Shown here: one piece after another, positions 24,261-36,759 of the stretch | Numbering within the stretch: position 1 is the first letter of the stretch | Layout: each line of letters begins with the position of its first letter | Source of the DNA: Mobula hypostoma | Taxonomy: Eukaryota | Direction: 5' to 3' | NCBI RefSeq assembly: GCF_963921235.1 | Contig: NC_086097.1 | Location: forward strand, 137,146,001-137,210,000 | DNA length: 64,000 bases | Notes under the pieces: generated by a model | What the model was told of the DNA's origin: nothing | Seen by the model: the letters and a program-made list of their open reading frames with translations, nothing else | Databases searched by the model: none | Position numbers and translations under genes: made by a program

Positions 24261-27200
24261 GTAAAATTGGCCTTTGTATAACTGAGAAGCTTCTTGTGGC
24301 TTTCATTTCTGGCTTTTCTCAGAACAATAATATTATATTTACTCGCAACAACAATCTTCCAGAGCTTTAGACTTGATGGGGTATATTACTAATAAGTTCT
24401 CCTTTCGGGAGTCCTCTATCCCCCTCTTGTTGATTCTATCTGGTTAATAACAGGGTGACTTTTATAGCAATGAATAATTATGCTACTGTGGGATTAGAGG
24501 CCTTATGTCAAAACATTTGCTTCTAATAATCCATTAAAAACTGCTACCCCTTGTATTAACTTCAGCATCACCTGCCAAATTCAGGGAAAAACTGGACAAC
24601 CAAATGTCCCAGGCTCAAGACTTTGGTGAGGAGGTGCAGATAGAGATGGTTTCTGCAGTAAGCTGCTTCTGGCCATTTCCTCTATTTGTATAAAGGTTTC
24701 ATTAAAGCAGTGAATCCTTGACTTCTATATATACTTTTCAAAAGTAGCTATACAGAATTGTCCAAATGGGGGAAAAAAATCCATTTTAATGCCGAGAAGT
24801 GTTTTGGCACTTGCTTGTTTCGTAGTGAGACCCAGGAGGGCAAACAGCGCCAACACGCAAACAGAACAAGACAAAAGCAAGAGCTATGTTTTCACCAACC
24901 TGTTGAAGGAACCCTTTTTTTTGTTTCAGTTGCAACTTTATTTTCCTTGGTGCCAAAAATCCTTGCTTACCCAAAACAAAAAAAAACATACTGGTCCGCC
25001 CAAGTCTGCGCTAGAATTTAGTGTCAAAATGGCCAATAAAACCAGTGCATTGATGAAGAAGAATGCAAGTGTGAAGAATGGGTCAGGAGGGAGTATCCAG
25101 CTGCAACGCCTGTGGCTTCATTAACACGCTTGACCAGAAACTGCCCCAAGAACATTGAAGGTTTGCAGACAAATTGCATTTTTTTAAAAAAAGTGAAACA
25201 ATTATCTAGGAATGCAACCCCATGCACTAAACTTCTGCATGTTGTACAAAAAAGAATTAACTCACTAGAGTTCTATAAGTCCTACAATTCTTTTTTATTG
25301 AAAGTTGAATTATTTGCATTTTCAAAAGCAAACCTGGATCGTGTGCAGAAGATAAATGTACCTATATAAAAATGAACTTCAAGTTCAAGACAATCTTAAT
25401 TGCTTTAAGTAGATGCATCAGGAACAATTAATTTTACTTTGTAAACATTCTACAGAAAAGCAACTACTCCATTTGTTAAGAAAAACACATATTCCATCAT
25501 GGAAGGTGGTACAACTGAAGTGAGACTACAAGATGACAGAATTTACTAAAATTGACAATTTCCTTCTCATGTACTAACTCAGATTAATATGAGAAAAGCC
25601 CCATTTACACACTATTCCTAACGCAAGGGTTCCTATCTGTTCATCTCAGTCCTAGGCACTCTGCTTGCTTGGATCTGTTCCCAATCCAGGACACCACACA
25701 CAGTAAGGTTTCTCACCTCCCTCCCCCCACCCTAAAGAGGTGAAACAGCTACAAGAATTAAACTTACTGCACTATCACTGCATCTGTGTACTGGCCCACC
25801 ACAGTTCTACCATGTAGGAAAGCGCTAGCGACAGGGCTACTGGGCATTGGTGATGGATGGGTGAAGGATGAAGAGGAATGGGGGTGGAGGTGGAGGAAGG
25901 AATGTAACTGTTAGGAATATGAATCTCTAAACTCTAAAGAAACAACCCTTTGACCTGCCCAAATATTAAAAGAGTGCAGTTCTCTGCTACCCACCTGAAT
26001 AACCTTGAACATTCAGTATTAATTATCAATGGAATTTTATCAGCTGCCTGCATTGATGACAAATCCCCAGCATGTTGGAACAAATATTTATGGGATTAGG
26101 AATGAACAGTCATTTATTCCTACATTGTGATTTAACTGTTTGTCAGCTTCAGTTAACTGAGTGCATGTTCAATTTAACCAGTTGTTCAAGATTCAGCTGG
26201 GTTTAATTTTTAACTTAAACACTAGAGGATTTGTGCATATTTGTGGTTACAGAGAAACAGTTTCTATTTGGTTAATCCACCAAGATATGCAATTTTTTTT
26301 AAATTTGAAGTTAACGTCGGTACCTTTCAAAGAATCGGAACCTCCTTTGTCTAACTGTACTGGGAATAAACACCTGAACCTTATGCAAAATAAGTTTTGA
26401 GCGATGTTAATTCTAAAGTGTTTTAAATAAAAGCAAAACATGGAACTGTCATTATTGTTGTTGGGAGTATTATAATCATTTCCAAATGACGGCAGATCTG
26501 TTTTTATGTTTTACCAAACATTAACAGCTCCTCTGAGAAGGATTAAATCAATCCCTAATTTAACAAATAAGTAATTGTTTCTGACTTGACTTATTGACAT
26601 TTGCAGGTAGAATGGTTTTGTACTAAAAATACATAATAATGTTACACAAATACATTTTTTTTAAGAATGACCATCTCCTTTAATACCCTTTTAAAGTGGC
26701 TTGAAATTCTATCCATTTCTCAGTTCTTACCAGAGCAATTTCAAGTGGTTTTAGATTAGATTTAGTGGGGTAGTGTTGAGAGGATTGAATGTGGGGGAGA
26801 GAAATCTCAGTGATAAACACACTCAAGAATAATCAGAGTTCAAATGGACCTTCCTACCTACATTAAACTCCTTTCAATTTGCAGAGTACATTTGGGAGTT
26901 CATACATTTATGCCCTTGAACTATCAGCTACAGACAGATCCCTCTCCTGGTATGTAGGAAATGCATCATCATTAAAAGAACTGCTAGGAAATTCTTCCCC
27001 AGTTAGTAATGCTGCTAAGCTGGATTGCAGTGACCATGTTTTTAAAAAATGCTTCAGAATTCCACTCTTCTTGAATCAAAAGTAGCCGATTCAACATGCA
27101 ATCACAGCTTTGGAGCATACTTAGAACTATCATTCAAAGATGAACTTCTGGGCAAATATTCTTTGTCCATTTTACAGAGACTAAATAGGAAAATAAGAAT

Positions 27201-27279
27201 GAAGCATTCTGTGTGTAACCAGATTCATAGCAGTCTCTGTACTTTTCAGCAGTTTCTTGTCCAGATCCATATCTCAGAA

Positions 27280-27790
27280 TGGATGTGTGGTCGTTGGAGA
27301 GAATCCAGAAGAGGTTCACAAGGATGATTCTGGGAATGAAGGAATTAACATATGAGGAGCGTTTGGCAGCTTTGGGCCTGTACTCACTGGAATTTAGAAG
27401 AATGCATGGGGAGCTCATTGAAACCTACCAAATTTTGAAAGGACTAGATAGGGTGGATGTGGGGAGGATGTTTCCTGTGGTGGGGTATCCAGAACTAGAG
27501 AGCAATGCCTCAAAATTCTGGGGTGACCCTTTAGAACAGAGGTAAGGAAGAAAGTAGAAACAAAGAGTAGTGAATCTGTGGATTGCTCTGCCACTGACTG
27601 CGGTGGAGGCCAAGACTGTGTGTATATTTAAGGCAGAAGTTGGTGGACTCCTGATTGGTCAGGGCATCAAAGGTCATTGCGAGAAGGCAGGTGTATGGGG
27701 TTGAGTAGGATCCGGGATCAGCCATGATGGAATGGCAGAGCAGACTAAGTGGGCTGAATGGCCTAATTCAGCTCCTCTGTCTTACGGTCT
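27280..27790 (+). mobile_element. CR1 LINE 3' fragment
   Basis: LERIQKRFTRMI.GM..L.YEERL..LGLYSLEFRRM.G.LIETY.ILKGLD, followed by the CR1 3'UTR tgggctgaatggcctaattc.gctcct. Confidence 0.88.
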
Positions 27791-28679
27791 TACGTCTGCT
27801 GAATTTCTGGGCTGCCATTCCCAAAGTGAACCCAACATCTTCCCACTACAGGCAACTCACAGTGCAGTAAGAGTAACTGGATTGTTCTTCCAAAGGGCTA
27901 GTATGTCGGCATTGCACCAAAATGGCCTTCTCCTCTGTTAGATAATTCTATGGATATTATCTAAAACAATAAACTTTTACTCTCCACTGGCTATGAGCTC
28001 ATTTACACTTTGAATTATGAAGAATTTAACTATGTGCTTGCTGGAAAGGAGTAATGGGTCCCTGATGTGGCAGCATCAATTTCAATCTCCTGTGACCCTC
28101 CAGAGACTGACATCCAGTCCCACACTAGAATGGTGCCTCTGAGAGAATGAGTGAGCCCCACCTGCCAATCCAAAGTTATCTATCTCAAGTTACTATTCAC
28201 TCCACTGAAGCACCCACCCCCCACTAAACCATGAGAAATTAATTTAAATCAAAATTAAATGTATTACAAGCCAGTGGGGTGCTGTTTTTCAAAGTAATGC
28301 CCTTCCTGTGCTCCTCCTCCTCAAATCTAAAGTTTGCTAAATAGATCACAAGTGACCACAAAAATATGCGTTCATGAAATGAAAGTAATAAGGTCAGCAC
28401 TGACTGCCCATCCCTCTTGCCCCTCTAAAGTGGTGGGTGGGTTATTACCTTAAATCACTGCAGACTGTCTAGTGGAAGTGCCCCCACGATGCTGTTGGGG
28501 AAAGATCGCCAATCTCTTTCACCAGCAATAATACAAGGACAGTTAAATATTTCTCTTTCCAGAGTCGATTCAACTGTTGGAGGAACCTGCAGGAATGGTG
28601 TTCCAGATACCTATTCTCCTTGTCCTGCTAGGCAGTAGAGGTACGGGTTTAGAAGGTACATGCAGATGAAGTCAGTGCG

Positions 28680-28845
28680 GGCTCACTTTTAACATTTAAG
28701 AAAAACTTGGACGTACATGGATGAGAGGGGTATGGAGGGATATGGTCCGGGTGCAGGTCAGTGGGACTAGGCAGAAAAATGGTTCGGCACAGCCAAGAAG
28801 GGCCAAAAGGCCTGTTTCCGTGCTGTCATGTTCTATGGTTCTAAC
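28680..28845 (+). mobile_element. CR1 3' tail fragment
   Basis: atttaagaaaaacttggac...gagggatatgg...gggccaaaaggcctgtttc.gtgctgt..ttctatggttcta terminus. Confidence 0.65.
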
Positions 28846-29692
28846 TTCAGCGGGGAATTATTTATTATACCATGGTGTTGACCAAAGTGTGTCCTATTTT
28901 CATCTCGTTGAAAATTTACAGCAGAAAAATATACATTAATTGGTAATTCCTGACTCTTTCAGACAAGAACAATTCAGTAGTGTTCCTTTGGTACTGCGTT
29001 TGTCTTACATTCTTGTTACAATGTCCCCTACTGGTCAAGAGGTTGCTCAGCACTTAGCCTAAACTTCTGAGCCTTTCATTGCAGTTAGTTCAGACACCAG
29101 TTCCAGACACGTGTTACAAATAGTGCTGAGACAAAGACAAATCAGTTCAGCCTGAACCCACACTTCCAAGTGTAAATGGAGCCAAAGTTTTATTGACTGC
29201 TGACAGATGGTCAGGTATGAGACAAATCACATTGTGTGCTCGGAATATATCTGATGTGAGAAAATATGACAGGAAGCACTAGTTTACACTCCTTTAATGT
29301 CAAAATAACATTAACTGCTGTGGTTAAAAGGCAGAATGAAAACACAATGTTACAGAAATAATCAGATACATGCCTTCTGTAGTTCTACAGGAAGAATGTC
29401 AGATTACAATGATTACTTCATCATATCAATGAGGCAACTGGGTATATCGAACAGCGTGGTACATAGTCCAAGAAAGCCAATAACTAACTTCCATTGTTAA
29501 CACCAACTATTTTGGTGCAACAATTATTTTGCATCATCGATTTAATTAAAATAGTGAATAGCTTTAGCAGGGACATAAAATACAATATTTACAACATAAA
29601 GCAGAAGCACTTAAACTCATAACAAATGATTTACCCACATCTGCACATCAGAGGGATTTGTAACTGGTTTGTGCTATCGTGGCAGAAATTAC

Positions 29693-29783
29693 CTTGACCC
29701 TGTGCCTTGCTAATGAAGTTCAAGGTCACAGCTACAAAGCCCAGGAGAAGCCATGTCCCCGCACCATGTCCAAAGACCTGCAT
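29693..29783 (-). CDS. COL14A1: Collagen alpha-1(XIV)-like, first coding exon (signal peptide MQVFGHGAGTWLLLGFVAVTLNFISKAQGQ). The full exon including 38 nt of 5'UTR is 29693-29821.
   Basis: ATG at 29783-29781 is followed by a hydrophobic signal-like peptide ending AQGQ. Acceptor ttttgttttgcag (AG at 29823-29822), donor G|gtaatt (GT at 29692-29691), phase 1. Resembles the COL14A1 N-terminus (..WLL..F.A.....VQGQ) as I recall it. Confidence 0.88.
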
Positions 29784-30999
29784 TCTTAGGTCTTGCCGGT
29801 GGCTACGCTTACTCAGGAATCCTGCAAAACAAAAATCAACAAAAGAGCAGCTTTTCTCATACACCGATTCACATTACTGTGCATTCCTATAAAAATAAAC
29901 ACTGGCTTTAAAATTTATAATATTTGTAAAGATTACCAAATCAAAATAAATGCATCATCATCCAAGGGCATTAGGAGCTTTAGATGGATTTTTCAATCGC
30001 AGAATTTGAATCCAACTTTTACTTAATGCAATGAAGATTTTCATTCAAAGGAGTTTGGTTTTCCCAAAGCATGAATTTAAGACTATTGGAGTTATTCCCA
30101 GCTGCGATCAGGAGTTTGCTGAATGTTTAGATAGATGTTCTAATGAAGCAACACCTTAGAATTATACAGATCTTGTATAACCCCACGTACTTTACAAAAG
30201 CCTCTTCCACAGCCAACAATATTTCCTAAAATATACATTTGATCAGGAAAACATTGTTGATACCAAGTCACTTAAAAAACTTTGAAGAAGAGATAGAGAT
30301 GCAAGAAGAGGATTCCAGAACTTAGGGTGTTGGCACTTGATGGCCTGACTATCGAGGGAGGTGTAATAGATCTCTGAGATGTGTGAGCAGCTGGAACTAT
30401 GAAGGGGAAGCAGCGATCATGAAGGATCATTGGGATGAAGGTAGGGTTTGGGAGGGGGTAGGAAAGAGGCCATGCAGGGAGAGTCAACATATTACACCAA
30501 AAGACTCCTCCCCTCCATTAAGGCAAAATAAGCTTATTTTCTTATTGTACCTTTCACAGCTTCAGGATATCCCGAATGAAATGTTTAGATGCGGGCACTA
30601 TCACAACATGGGGAACGTGGCAACTAACCTACACACGGAAAGCTCCCACAAACATAAATAGTATTCAGAGATACAGACAACATGATGACATTCATCAAGC
30701 AACTTGATTCTTTTAAACTACCAAGATGGTCTCAATTTAACATCTCCGTCACAATGTAGCTCTGACCCACTACTGCCTGAAGCATCAGCCTAGATTTCTA
30801 CATTCATGGCTGTGGAGAGTGACTTGATTCCATAACTTGCAAACCCGGACACAAGAGCAATGCCTACCAATGCCACATCCAGCAAGCTTCCCTAAAGTAT
30901 ACGTATCCTCGCTCAGTCGCAACGTTACAGAAGTCTTCAGTAGCCCCAGTTACTATAATGTTTGGGGATTATGGAGGTTCATCCTGAGGTAGATACTTT

Positions 31000-31152
31000 A
31001 ACAACATTCAAAAGGAACTTGGACAAGTAGATGGATAGGAAAAGTTTAGAGGTCTATGGTCAAACATGGGCAACTGGGACTAGCTTATAAGGAGTCTTAG
31101 TTGGCATGGCCAGATGGGTCAACGATTCTGTTTCTATGCCATATGACTATAT
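31000..31152 (+). mobile_element. CR1 3' tail fragment
   Basis: Same tail layout as 28680-28845, more degenerate. Confidence 0.5.
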
Positions 31153-31899
31153 GTAGAGCTTGTCTTCCCGCCCCCCCCCAGTTTAAAGTAACAAAAAAAC
31201 CCTGTATTAATGATACTGCCAAAAACTGAACAAATCCATAATCATTATGACTAAATCCATGCTTTAGAGAGCTAAAATGGAAGAATCTCCTTAATCTTTC
31301 CAATAATAGAAAACACCTGATCTTGCTGAACACTGATGAAATGCTGATAAACACCCTGAGTTGAACCAACCCTTGAAGCCCAAAATTAGCACCAGTTACT
31401 CATGTACTTCGCAAGTAAACAAAGTTAACATTAGATGGGAAGAGAAGTTACTTGTAGCCAGGCTGTCGGTGCCCAATATTTATTGCCCATTTTTATCTGC
31501 CCTTCAACTGGACATCTCAGAGGATGACTATGAGTTGGCTACATTCCTCTCAGTTTGGAGTCACATCCCAACCAAACCTGTATGGACAGCATGTTTCTTT
31601 CTCAAAAGCTTATTATTTTCTCAATAACTCCATTATACCCATTTTTTGCTTAAAATTAACAGGATTTAAATTCCCCTAGTGAGAGCTGAACTCATGGCTC
31701 ACTAATCCATGACAACGGTTTGGAATGAATGGTTTATCTAAGAGAGCTAGCGATGGACAGTGGTTCAGCTTACGTCTACACCTCAATGATTACAAGCCCA
31801 TGGTATCCATGGGAGCATCATTCTACAAAAGAGATCTCTATATATACAGTATGGTAAATGCACACAATGCCATAAACAAGAAGGACGTTGCTTAGTTCA

Positions 31900-32165
31900 T
31901 AAGACCATAAGATATAGGAGCAGAATTAGGCCGTTAAGTTTGAGTCTGCTCCGCCATTTCATTATAGCTGATCTATTTCCCTCTCAGCCCCAATCTCCTG
32001 CCTGCTCCCCATATCTCTTCAGGCCTGACCAATGAAGAATCTAACAATCACTGTCTTAAATATACCCAATGATTTGGCCTCCACATTCGCTCATGGGAAC
32101 GAATTCCACAGATTCACCACTCTGGCTAAAGAAATTCCTCCTCATCTCCATTCTAAATGGGCGTG
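31900..32165 (-). mobile_element. CR1 LINE 3' fragment
   Basis: cataagaccataagatataggagcagaattaggcc tail and aaagaaattcctcctcatctc (reverse strand EMRRNFF). Confidence 0.8.
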
Positions 32166-32449
32166 ACTTCATCCTAATCAACCAGCCACTAAGCAACACA
32201 AAAATAATCATACTATGGCTAACCCACTCTCCACTTCAACATCTTGCCTTCCTCACCCAGTGAAGATGCACAGGTGATTCAGCAGCTGTGTAAAAACTAG
32301 ACTGATTTATTCTATGCTTATTTCTAAGGCCTCAGAAGTCAGATATCAGCAGCAAAGGTCTTCAAATACAATATGCAATAGTGGTTATCAGATAGCCAAT
32401 CTACCAAAATGCTTACTGGTTACAGGCACTGAAGGAAACATCATCAACA

Positions 32450-32680
32450 GTGACAAGCAAGAGAAAATTGGCAGAGCACCCAAAATGCTGGAGGAACTCA
32501 GCAGGCCAGGCAGCATCTATGGAAAAAAATACAGTCAATGTTTCGGGCAGGAAAATCAGCAGATGCTGGAAATCCAACCAACACACACAAAATGCTGGAG
32601 GAACTCAGGAGGCTAGGCAGCATCTATGGGAAAGAGTAAATAGTCGACATTTCAGGCAGAGACCCTTCATCAAGACTTCA
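32450..32680 (-). mobile_element. Tandem Penelope pLTR remnants with a mutated hammerhead
   Basis: Two copies of aaatgctggaggaactcag...ggcagcatctatgg. Reverse complement of 32641-32677 is AGTC-TTGATGA-A-GGGTC..GCCT-GAAAT-GTC-GACT. Confidence 0.75.
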
Positions 32681-32789
32681 TCATCAAAAGTGGCCAATTA
32701 GCATTTTAAACTACCAATGTTCACCAATAATTTTTTCCATATACTTGCAAATATTCATAATATTTCACACACCGTATTTAAATACTTGT

Positions 32790-33090
32790 CTACAACATAG
32801 TCGGAGGCCATTCAGTCCATCAAGTTTATGCTGGTTTCCAAAGCATTCCTATTGGTCCCTGTGGTCCGCTCTCTCTCACCCCTGCCTCTACCACCAACCC
32901 CCACCTCCCTAGCTACCAAGTTCACAGTGGACATTTAACTTAGCAGTTCATCTTTGGGACATGGGAGGAAACCCAAATGGTCACAGGGAAAACGTGCAAC
33001 TCCACACCGAGAGGGGGCAGAGGTCTGGTTCGACCTCGGATCACTGGAGCTGGAAGGGAACAGCACTTTATTGCTACAACCTGCATCACA
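32790..33090 (-). mobile_element. tRNA-derived V-type SINE, degenerate
   Basis: tctttgggacatgggaggaaaccca...gtcacagggaaaacgtgcaactccacac, plus a B-box-like remnant. Confidence 0.55.
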
Positions 33091-33879
33091 CAGTCAGGTT
33101 GCATATTAAAAGATTCAAGTCTCTCTCAGGCTTTACCTTCTGTCTCCCTCTGCCTTCCTCCACGTCTAAACTCAGAGTTACTTCTCTTGTTCAAGTTCCG
33201 CATTGTGCATCTTGCGGCTTAATCCACCTTTTGCAAGTATATCTTTAGCTGCCAAAATCCTAAACCCTGAATTTTCCCTCTAGAATTCTGATACTGTTTC
33301 CATTAGTGTCTGTAACCAGTAAATAGGTTAGTAGCTTGCTGCTCTGATAGCCACCGTTGCCTGGTAGATTTGAAAACTTTTGCTCCTCGTCTGACTTGAG
33401 AGACCTTAGAAATAGATGTGGAATAGGACAGTCCAGCTTTCGCTCAAGTGACGAACTACCTCTGCATCTTCAAACACTGGGTGAACGAGGCAAGATTCTT
33501 AAACAGAGGATGGGTTGGAGTAGTGTTCTTATTAGCACACAAAGACCCCAGCTCCTAACTAAACAATCCCACCGGTTACACTCCTCCTCTTATTTTCCTG
33601 CAGCCCTGTAGCATATTCTCTCTCACATGTCAATCATAGCCCTTTAACTTTTATTTAGCCATTTACCTACAATAAGGGGTAACTTACAGCAGCTGATTAA
33701 GCTGGAAGGAAATCAATGGCCAGCTGAATCTCACACAGTCAAAGGGAGAATGTGAAAACTACACACGGACAACACCAGGGGTCAGGACTGGACCCAGGTC
33801 TCCAGCACTGTGAAGCAGTGTCTCTAACTGTTGTACCACTAACTCCTTTGTTAAGGAACTTCCTATACAATGAGGTGGC

Positions 33880-35100
33880 ATACAGGACTGACATAGATCC
33901 ACATGGTTGAACGGTGCAACTATAACCTCGCACTCAGTGTCAGCAAGACCAAAGGACTGATTGTGGACCTCAGGAAGGAGGAAGTCAGGACAACATTCAT
34001 TGAGTCAGCAGAGGAAAAGTTAGGAAGCTTCAAGTTCAAGGGTGTCAACATCTCAGAGGAACTATCCTGGGCCCAACACATCAGTACAATCACAATAGTC
34101 AATAGACAATAGGTGCAGGAGTAGGCCATTTGGCCCTTCAAGCCAGCACCGCCATTCACTGTGATCATGGCTGATCATCCACAATCAGTACCCCGTTCCT
34201 GCCTTCTCCCCATATCCCTTGACTCCGCTATATTTAAGAGCTCTATCCATCTCTTTCTTGAAAGAATCCAGAGACTTGTCCTCCACAGCCTTCTGAGGCA
34301 GAGCATTCCACAGATCCACAACTCTCTGGGTGAAAAAGTTTTTCCTCAGCTCCGTTCTAAATGGCCTACCCCTTATTCTCAAACTGTGGCCTCTGGTTCT
34401 GGACTCCCCCAACATCAGGAACATGTTTCCTGCCTCTAGCGTGTCCAATCCCTTAATAATCTTATATGTTTCAATCAGATCCCCTCTCAGCCTTCTAAAT
34501 TCCAGTGTATACAAGCCCAGTTGCTCCAATCTTTCAACATATGACTGTCCCACCATCCCGGGAATTAACCTCGTGAACCTCCGCTGCACTCCCTCAATAG
34601 CAAGAATGTCCTTCCTCAAATTTGGAGACCAAAACTGCACACAGTACTCCAGGTGTGGTCTCACCAGGGCCTGGTACAACTGCAGAAGGACCTCTTTGCT
34701 CCTATACTCAACTCCCCTTGTTATGAAGGCCAACATGCCATTAGCTTTCTTCACTGCCTGCTGTACTTGCATGCTTGCTTTCAGTGACTGATGAACGAAG
34801 AAGGCACACAGGTGGCTTTACTGCATTTTGAGGAAGTTTAAGGTGATTAGCTACATCACCAAAGATTCTTGCCAATTTCTATAGGTGTACAGTGGAGAAC
34901 ATTCCAGCTGGTTGCATCACAACCTCCAATGCACAGAGTTGCAAGAGTCTGCAGAGGGTTGTAGACGCGGCCAGCTTCCAACATGGCGCAGACCTCCCCA
35001 CCACCAAGGAAATCTTCAAGAGCTGCTGCCTCAAGAAGGCAGCATCCATCATTAAGGAATTCCACCACCTGGGACACAACCTCTTCTCGTCACCAGCCTA
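33880..35100 (+). mobile_element. Old Rex1/Babar fragment interrupted by the CR1 at 34090-34795
   Basis: NLALSVSKTK.LIVD.RK and FKF.GVNISE.LSW before the insertion; KKAH.. and CLKKAASIIK..HH.GH.LF after it. Confidence 0.75.
34090..34795 (-). mobile_element. Young CR1 LINE 3' fragment with an uninterrupted 195-aa ORF2 C-terminus
   Basis: KKANGMLAFI.RG.EY.SKEVLLQLY.ALVRPHLEYCVQFWSP...TRGHSL..., then a 3'UTR ending in (CTATTGT)-like repeats. Confidence 0.93.
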
Positions 35101-36759
35101 CGTCAGAGATTTCCTGTTCCCCATTCGCATCAAAATAAATCCCTCCCTTTGGAAAAAATAATGAAACAGCAGAGGAGTCTGATGACTTTTATGTATTCTC
35201 ACAAAACCAAGTAAATTGCCAATAAAAATAACAATGAAATCCAACCTTTGCTTCTTTCACCAGGCTAGTCAAAGGTTCAGAATATTGAATTGGCTTCCTA
35301 CAAGCTCAGTGAGCAGCTACATTCTTCCAAATCTGTCATGGGTCCAACTCCTGTATTTTACCTTGTGAATACTCTTATGGCAAAGTCTGGCATCAGGATT
35401 CTTGTGTTTAACAGATATTCATGTTCATGGATTTCCCTTTCCTTTTGCCAAGGGCAGGTGCACCAGCCATTTGGGTCAGAACTTTGAAATAAGTCATCTT
35501 CACTTAATGTAATCTTATTCCAGGCTCAGTTTGCTTCCCAGTGTAGTGTCCAATAAGTATTTATTAGCCATCTCTAAATACCCCTGAAATAATGATAGTG
35601 GTGTTGAACCATTTTTTTAAACTTCTGCTGCCCTTGTGGTGAAGTCCTCACATGACAATGTTGGGGAGGGAGTTTCAGGACTTCAACCTAAATGACGGAA
35701 CGGTGAAGTATTTCCAAGGCAGGACAATATTGAGTCAGTGATGTATTCATTGGCCTGGTCCCTTCACTTTCTTGGCAGAAGAGCCCATGGAAAGTGCTGC
35801 CAGGAAGCCCAGGCAAGTCTGGAAAGTGGCACAGACTGCACACTTGGTGCTCCAGTGATGGAGAGAATGAATATTCAGAGTGGTAGATTGTATTATCTAC
35901 TATGGTGTTGAGCATCTGAATGTGAATGTAGCTGAATTCATTCAGGGAAACAAAGATCATTCCATCACTCTCCTGACTTTGGTAGATGGTGGAAAGGCTT
36001 TAAAGTGTTAGAAGGTGAGTTATTTACTGCAAAGGTTGCCAGTCTCTGACTTGCTCCAATAGTCACAGTAGTTTCAATGGTTGTCTCAGTCTTGTGTCTG
36101 ATCATCTCTGATCTCAAAATGCTGGCTCCCGATAACCACAGCCATCTTCCTCTGAACAAGGCAGAGCCCCAACAAGTGTAGAGAAATGTTCTTCTTTAGT
36201 TGAAGAGGGCCAGATAAGGCTGATGGCTCACGTGTATGTATAGGTGTGTTTATATACACACACCATGTACAATAACTCTGCATCTAGGCACAGCAACACA
36301 GAAGTATGAAGGGCACTAAAGGTCAAATGTAGGCATCTGACCTCATGTTGTGTCTCTGTCTCCACACCAAGAGGGGTTTCATATGAATGGCGCAATCAAT
36401 CATTACAAGAAAGGCAGGCGAATGGTTTGCCCATTTTAAAATCTGTTCCAAATGGATAATGGCTTTGAATTATTTAAGTTTCTGAGCAGCAGACATTTGT
36501 GAAGAGCAAGTTAGACTCTAACAAGGCAAGAAAGGTGATCAAGGGCAAGGTCTAGTCTGAACATCACTCACAGCTCACTCTCTTGCAGCCAACTGTGGCA
36601 TGGGACCGTGGAGGAACCAGGAGTAGTGCCAGCCACAAAAAGGTGAGAGTGAGAGGGTCAGCTCACACACATTGAGTTCACGATGGTTAGACCTACACCG
36701 ACAATTGATGCCACACTCGGTTCAGGAGGCCAAAGAAATTCTGCATATCCATGATGACC

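Noticed and set aside
34185..34772. Intact 195-aa ORF as a host gene
   Set aside because: It is the C-terminus of CR1 ORF2, followed by the CR1 3' tail, and is 5'-truncated.
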